In this document: one piece after another, positions 58,331 through 64,000 of the stretch | How the letters are laid out: each line of letters opens with the position of its first letter | Numbering within the stretch: position 1 is the first letter of the stretch | Assembly: GCA_002269645.1 (NCBI GenBank) | Contig: NIVC01001356.1 | Location: forward strand, 124,001 to 188,000 | Reading direction: 5' to 3' | Length of the DNA: 64,000 bases | DNA from: Macrostomum lignano | Taxonomy: Eukaryota | Made by a program: the position numbers and the translations under genes | The notes under the pieces: generated by a model | What the model was told of the DNA's origin: nothing | Databases searched by the model: none | Seen by the model: the letters and a program-made list of their open reading frames with translations, nothing else

Positions 58331-58799
58331 AATAAATACTTTAAAACGAGGGGATTTCTTTTGCCTTTTGGCTAGTTATAGCCGCAATATTGTTTGGAGT
58401 AGATGTAGCAATTTTTATATTTATGATTATAGTTTTAAGTTGATTTTTTAAATAAGCTTTTACAGTCTAGTTATTTTGTGAGCCTTCAAAATCCAACCGT
58501 ACACACGTGGCCTACAAATGAGAAATCTCTTATGTTAATAATTATTTTGTTTAAATTAATCTCGAGATAATGCATTAATTTGTTTCATGTATTCTGTTTT
58601 GCCATTTGGGTTTATTATTTGCTTTAGTTTTGTTCTGTTCGCTTTTAATTGTTATTATAGCTGCTCCCTTCCGCTTGTGTGCCCTGACTTTTACGACTTT
58701 AGGAACTGGTTCAAGATCTGCTTTTACGAGTATATACTTAGTGCTCGCTAAATTTTGAGTTACTTTTCAAAACAATATTTTGTTTAAATTTAGTCATTC

Positions 58800-59130
58800 T
58801 ATAGGGTGGAAGTTTGTTTGAATTCAGTCATTCTAATGTGCTGAGATTTTGTTTAAATTCAGTCATTCTAGTGGGGTGAGATTTTGTTTAAATTCAGTCA
58901 TTCTAGTGGGGTGAGATTTTGTTTAAATTCAGTCATTCTAGTGGGGTGAGATTTTGTTTGAATTCAGTCATTCTAGTGAGGTGAGATTTTGTTTGAATTC
59001 AGTCATTCTAGTGAGGTGAGATTTTGTTTAAATTCAGTCATTCTAGTGGGGTGAGATTTTTTATAAATTCAGTCATTCTAGTGGGGTGAGATTTTGTTTA
59101 AATTCAGTCATTCTAGTGGGGTGAAATTCT
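58800..59130. repeat. 35-bp minisatellite (TTTTGTTTAAATTCAGTCATTCTAGTGGGGTGAGA), about 9 copies
   Basis: The 35-bp period is seen at 58851 and 58886. Confidence 0.92.
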
Positions 59131-59575
59131 GTATTCTTCACATTCACCGTCGCAGTATTTTTTTTTTAGATTTCGATTTGCTTCCTTTTAAACTATACCA
59201 AGCTTCGATTTCTACTTTAAGTAGTCAGAATGTTCAGAGGCCTAATACTCAGTGCCTTATTAAATAATACTCGTACAATTTTTGAAGCCTGTTGTCGCCT
59301 TCAATTAAGATTTTATTTCAAAGTTTTAGTGGCATTTTATTACAATTTGAAGTTAATTTTTAATTTGTATCAGTATTAGGGAGCTTTTTATTACTACTTA
59401 ATTGGTTGTTATTATTCTTGCACCAAAACTTGGTTGAAAAACCAAAATTGCCCATTAAATAAAATGTTTTGAATCATGGAGTCCCGCTCAAACAGTTCTG
59501 CTTTGAATGCGTTTTTAGTTGCAGCCTTAAATAGCTTTTTTTGTCTTTGTTTCAGTGTTGCGTTCTTTTCCAAGA

Positions 59576-60325
59576 TTAGCGATCCATTCTATAGATTAGC
59601 AATCCATTCTATAGATTAGCAATCCATTCGATAGATTAGCAATCCATTCTATAGATTAGCAATCAGTTCTATAGATTAGCAATCCATTCTATAGATTAGC
59701 AGTCCATTCTATAGATTAGCAGTCCATTCTATAGATTAGCAATCAGTTCTATAGATTAGCAGTCCATTCTATAGATTAGCAATCAGTTCTATAGATTAGC
59801 AATCCATTCTATAGATTAGCAGTCCATTCTATAGATTAGTAATCCATTCTATAGATTGTCAATCCATTCTATAGATTAGCAATCAGTTCTATAGATTAGC
59901 AATCAGTTCTATAGATTAGCAATCCATTCTATAGATTAGCAGTCCATTCTATAGATTAGCAGTCCATTCTATAGATTAGCAATCAGTTCTATAGATTAGC
60001 AGTCCATTCTATAGATTAGCAATCAGTTCTATAGATTAGCAGTCCATTCTATAGATTAGCAATCCATTCTTTAGATTAGCAATCCATTCTATAGATTAGC
60101 AATCCATTCTATAGATTAGCAATCCATTCTATAGATTAGCAATCCATTCTTTAGATTAGCAATTCATTCTATAGATTAGCAATCCATTCTATAGATTAGC
60201 AATCCATTCTTTAGATTAGCAATCCATTCTATAGATTAGCAATCCATTCTATAGATTAGCAATCCATTCTTTAGATTAGCAATCCATTCTATAGATTAGC
60301 AATCAGTTCTATAGATTACCAATAT
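59576..60325 (-). repeat. 20-bp minisatellite array 6, about 37 copies
   Basis: TCTATAGATTAGCAATCCAT units. Confidence 0.95.
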
Positions 60326-61082
60326 ATTCTATTCGTTTTTTCTCAAGTATACGTGAACTCGAAAATTAAGCTCGTAAGATACGGACAAGACTTTTATTAA
60401 ACAACGTAAATTGGTTTTCCATCATAATTGTATTGGGGTCGCACATTTTGCTACATGCAATTCAATGTATTTTGGTCGTTAATATTAGCGTAAAATCTAG
60501 ATGGAAAACAGACAAACAAAAAAGAGTTAAGCTTGTAGTGAATTCGCATGTGAAATGTACATATTCATATAGTTAAATACGTCTGTGAAGTACTGTTTCT
60601 AATTACAGTTAAAATAACAAAAAGTAAATTTGTTATAATTGTGGTTTTTTAAGGAACAAAAAGAGAAGCTAATGGCACCTCTTCTCAAAGTTATATTTAA
60701 TTGTTATGTACAATTATCAATTGAGAGTGTAGAGGGAGAAATTATTCGCTCAAAACGTTTTTACATTAATAGTTAAAAGGCTTAAATTTAATTTTTTTGC
60801 AATTTGAAAATTCGATTTGTTGAAGCGTTGTTCCTTGGTAAAAAAAGTCGGAAACTTAGCTATGGTGTTAAACGAAGTTCACTGGTTAATTTTCCAACCA
60901 GTGCACCGACTGTAGGCCAACAAAGAGGCTTTCTGAGCACTCGGTCACTGCCAGACTAGTTGTATTAAAGAATACAGCGGAATCATGCGAATGCACCAGT
61001 GCCAAGTTGCCGAATTCCGGCGCGGATACGCTTGGTTTGTTGTCTAACTTCTCGTCTGGAATTAAAGGCGGCGCGATTCTTA

Positions 61083-62350
61083 GTGAGGTTTTATTGCGTT
61101 AGGGAGGACGCCCACCACCTCATTGTGACTGCCAATAGCAATTGCAATAGTGTCTGTCTATATAGTGATGTTTTATTGCGTTAGGGAGGACGCCCACCAC
61201 CTCATTGTGACTGCCAATAGCAATTGCAATAGTGTCTGTCTATATAGTGAGGTTTTATTGCGTTAGGGAGGACGCCCACCACCTCATTGTGACTGCCAAT
61301 AGCAATTGCAATAGTGTCTGTCTATATAGTGAGGTTTTATTGCGTTAGGGAGGACGCCCACCACCCCATTGTGACTGCCAACAGCAATTGCAATAGTGTC
61401 TATATAGTGAGGTTTTATTGCGTTACTGACGACACCCACCACCCCATTTTGACTGCCAATAGCAATTGCAATAGTGTCTATATAGTGAGGTTTTATTGCG
61501 TTAGGGAGGACGCCCACCACCTCATTGTGACTGCCAATAGCAATTGCAATAGTGTCTGTCTATATAGTGAGGTTTTATTGCGTTAGGGAGGACGCCCACC
61601 ACCTCATTGTGACTGCCAATAGCAATTGCAATAGTGTCTGTCTATATAGTGAGGTTTTATTGCGTTAGGGAGGACGCCCACCACCTCATTGTGACTGCCA
61701 ATAGCAATTGCAATAGTGTCTGTCTATATAGTGAGGTTTTATTGCGTTAGGGAGGACGCCCACCACCTCATTGTGACTGCCAATAGCAATTGCAATAGTG
61801 TCTGTCTATATAGTGAGGTTTTATTGCGTTAGGGAGGACGCCCACCACCTCATTGTGACTGCCAATAGCAATTGCAATAGTGTCTGTCTATATAGTGAGG
61901 TTTTATTGCGTTAGGGAGGACGCCCACCACCTCATTGTGACTGCCAATAGCAATTGCAATAGTGTCTGTCTATATAGTGAGGTTTTATTGCGTTAGGGAG
62001 GACGCCCACCACCCCATTGTGACTGCCAATAGCAATAGTGAGGTTTTATTGCGTTACTGACGACACCCACCACCCCATTTTGACTGCCAATAGCAATTGC
62101 AATAGTGTCTATATAGTGAGGTTTTATTGCGTTAGGGAGGACGCCCACCACCCCATTGTGACTGCCAATAGCAATTGCAATAGTGTCTATATAGTGAGGT
62201 TTTATTGCGTTAGGGAGGACGCCCACCACCCCATTGTGACTGCCAATAGCAATAGTGAGGTTTTATTGCGTTACTGACGACACCCACCACCCCATTTTGA
62301 CTGCCAATAGTAATTGCAATAGTGTCTATATAGTGAGGTTTTATTGCGTC
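61083..62350. repeat. 78-82-bp tandem repeat, about 16 copies
   Basis: Unit GTGAGGTTTTATTGCGTTAGGGAGGACGCCCACCACCTCATTGTGACTGCCAATAGCAATTGCAATAGTGTCTGTCTATATA, with a homogeneous central block. Confidence 0.93.
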
Positions 62351-62435
62351 AGGGTGGACGACCATTGGTCAGTTTTATTTAAGTTTGCACTAGAATTTTC
62401 AGCTTAAAACTAAATAATCGCCTTAGACTACTTAC

Positions 62436-62597
62436 CAAACACCAGCTGAAATACGTGCGCTTTTAAATCGACAACCAGCACTGCTCCATCACGCTCTGTT
62501 CTAGCTAGAATCTTCAGACCTCCGTCGGGTGTGGCTTGAAACTGGGCCGAACGAATAGCCACTCCGGCAACATCGTGAAGAGTGAGTGACAGCTCGC
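62436..62597 (-). CDS. probable internal coding exon (162 nt, phase 1-1) of an unidentified gene
   Basis: On the minus strand: acceptor CTTTGTTATTCAG|, donor TTTG|GTAAGT, and open frame ELSLTLHDVAGVAIRSAQFQATPDGGLKILARTERDGAVLVVDLKAHVFQLVF. Confidence 0.55.
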
Positions 62598-62675
62598 CTG
62601 AATAACAAAGTTCAGTAGAGTTAGATGTACATTCTCTGATACTCATTTTACGCTCTTATGAACCTCTGATCAATA

Positions 62676-64000
62676 CAGTCATGCACAAAAGTAAGTACAC
62701 CCCAAGCAAAAATCGAGAAAAACTGTTAAAATTTCTGAACTGTCAGCTGTATTACAACAAAACTGCATCACAATGATCCTTATTGACTGGCATTCATTTT
62801 GACACATCAAGCTTTGAAAAACTCTTTGTGGCTACGGAGCTATGGCAAAAAACGCTCAAACACACCTGTGCAAAAGTAAGTACACCCTGTCTTAATACTT
62901 TGTAGCTCCACCTCGTGCAGCCACCACAGCCAAGAGCCGCTTGCGGTAGCCATTCACCAGCGCAGCGCACCTCTCAGCGGGCACTTTCCGCCACTCCTCG
63001 ATGCAGAATTCGGCCAATTCCCGCAGATTCTTCGGCTTCCTCGCGTGAACCATCTTCTTGAGATCCGTCCACAGCATCTCGATCGGATTCAGGTCAGGGC
63101 TCTGGCTTGGCCACTCCATGACCTTGATGCGCCTCTGCTGCAGCCATCGCCGAGTTGCAGCGCTTGTGTGCTTGGGGTCATTGTCCTGCTGCAGTGTCCA
63201 AGCTTGTCCAAGACCGAGGTCATGCACTGATGGCTGCAGGTTTTCATCAAGGATCTGCTGATACACAGCCGAATTCATCTTCTCGGTGATGTGCATCAGC
63301 CTGCCGGTGCCAGCAGCTGCAAAGCAGCCCCACAGCATGATGCTGCCGCCTCCGTGCTTGACTGTCGGCTTCAGGTGTTTCTGCTCAAATGCGGTGTTCG
63401 GCTTGCGCCACACGCGCTGCTTCTCATTCCTGCCGAACAGCTCAATCTTGGTTTCATCAGTCCAAAGCACTGACTGCCAGTAGCTGTCTGGCTTGCTCAA
63501 CATCGCATTAGCAAACTGCAGCCTGGCATCGCGATGTCGCTGCTGCAGCAGAGGCTTTTTTCTTGGAATGCAGCTGCGGAGGCCTGCGCGGTTCAGGGCT
63601 CGGCGAACAGTAGTCCTGTGCGGCAATAAGCCAGCTGCATTCAGCATCTGCTGCAGCTCGCCTGATGTTGCATTCGGGTTTTGGCTGACCTCTTGCGTGA
63701 GTTTGCGCAGCGCGCGAGCTGAAATTTTACTCGGCCGGCCACTGCGAGGCAGAGATGCTGTGGTGCCATTCTGCTTGTACTTTGCGATGATGCGCCTAAC
63801 TGTTGATATATGCACATTGAAGGCAGTCGATATCCGCTTGTAGCCATCGCCACTATCGTGAGCTGCTACAATGCGATTTCTTAACTGAACTGACAGCTCC
63901 TGGCCTCTTGGCATTGTCCTGGCGTGTATCAAGTCAATGATGAAGCGGCTGCATTGCACATAAGCTTTATAGTAGCATGAAAACCAGTAGCTGAGCCGAT
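62676..64000 (-). mobile_element. Tc1-family DNA transposon (IR/DR type), other end outside the window
   Basis: TA|CAGTCATGCACAAAAGTAAGTACACCC terminus. The 17-bp DR CAAAAGTAAGTACACCC occurs at 62686 and 62871. Confidence 0.92.
62892..63914 (-). CDS. intact Tc1 transposase, DD34E (340 aa from MPRGQEL)
   Basis: Paired-like HTH, GRPSK, WTDETK, QQDNDPKH and SPDLNPIE, with 34 residues between the second D and E. The frame is also open from an upstream ATG at 63959. Confidence 0.95.
   Translation of the reverse strand: MPRGQELSVQLRNRIVAAHDSGDGYKRISTAFNVHISTVRRIIAKYKQNGTTASLPRSGRPSKISARALRKLTQEVSQNPNATSGELQQMLNAAGLLPHRTTVRRALNRAGLRSCIPRKKPLLQQRHRDARLQFANAMLSKPDSYWQSVLWTDETKIELFGRNEKQRVWRKPNTAFEQKHLKPTVKHGGGSIMLWGCFAAAGTGRLMHITEKMNSAVYQQILDENLQPSVHDLGLGQAWTLQQDNDPKHTSAATRRWLQQRRIKVMEWPSQSPDLNPIEMLWTDLKKMVHARKPKNLRELAEFCIEEWRKVPAERCAALVNGYRKRLLAVVAARGGATKY

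Noticed and set aside
58363-58374. GCCTTTTGGCTA matching the U2 snRNA 5' stem
   Set aside because: Only 12 nt match, and the downstream branch-point recognition and Sm sequences are absent.
61083-62350. CRISPR-like appearance of regular repeats (also the 20-, 23- and 43-bp arrays)
   Set aside because: Units are contiguous with no unique spacers, there are no cas genes, and the context is eukaryotic.

Overview
This is repeat-rich eukaryotic (animal) genomic DNA: GT-AG spliced genes, GC-rich exons in an AT-rich background, and roughly half the window in micro/minisatellites and transposons. A free-living flatworm such as Macrostomum is my guess from style only. Host genes: an intronless class A peptide-type GPCR (12675-13961 +), a 2-exon BPNT1 (49668-51171 +), a 3-exon coiled-coil/C-terminal UBZ zinc-finger gene (53772-57180 +), a large exon of a possible TEDC2-like gene (46129-47724 +), and at least one orphan exon on the minus strand near 62.5 kb. 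Mobile DNA: a complete but disabled Ty3/gypsy LTR element (17302-22115 -); a 15.5-kb head-to-tail array of non-autonomous Helitrons (22124-37625) inserted 8 bp from it in the same satellite monomer; decayed IS630/Tc1-like, Merlin and mariner transposons; a tRNA-derived SINE; an intact DD34E Tc1 running off the right edge; and a 263-bp hAT-type MITE. That MITE carries a 64-nt copy of the 28S rRNA segment targeted by R2 retrotransposons, with the R2 cleavage site itself replaced. There is no CRISPR array or prokaryotic system. Most short ORFs in the supplied track are artefacts of repeats or antisense frames.
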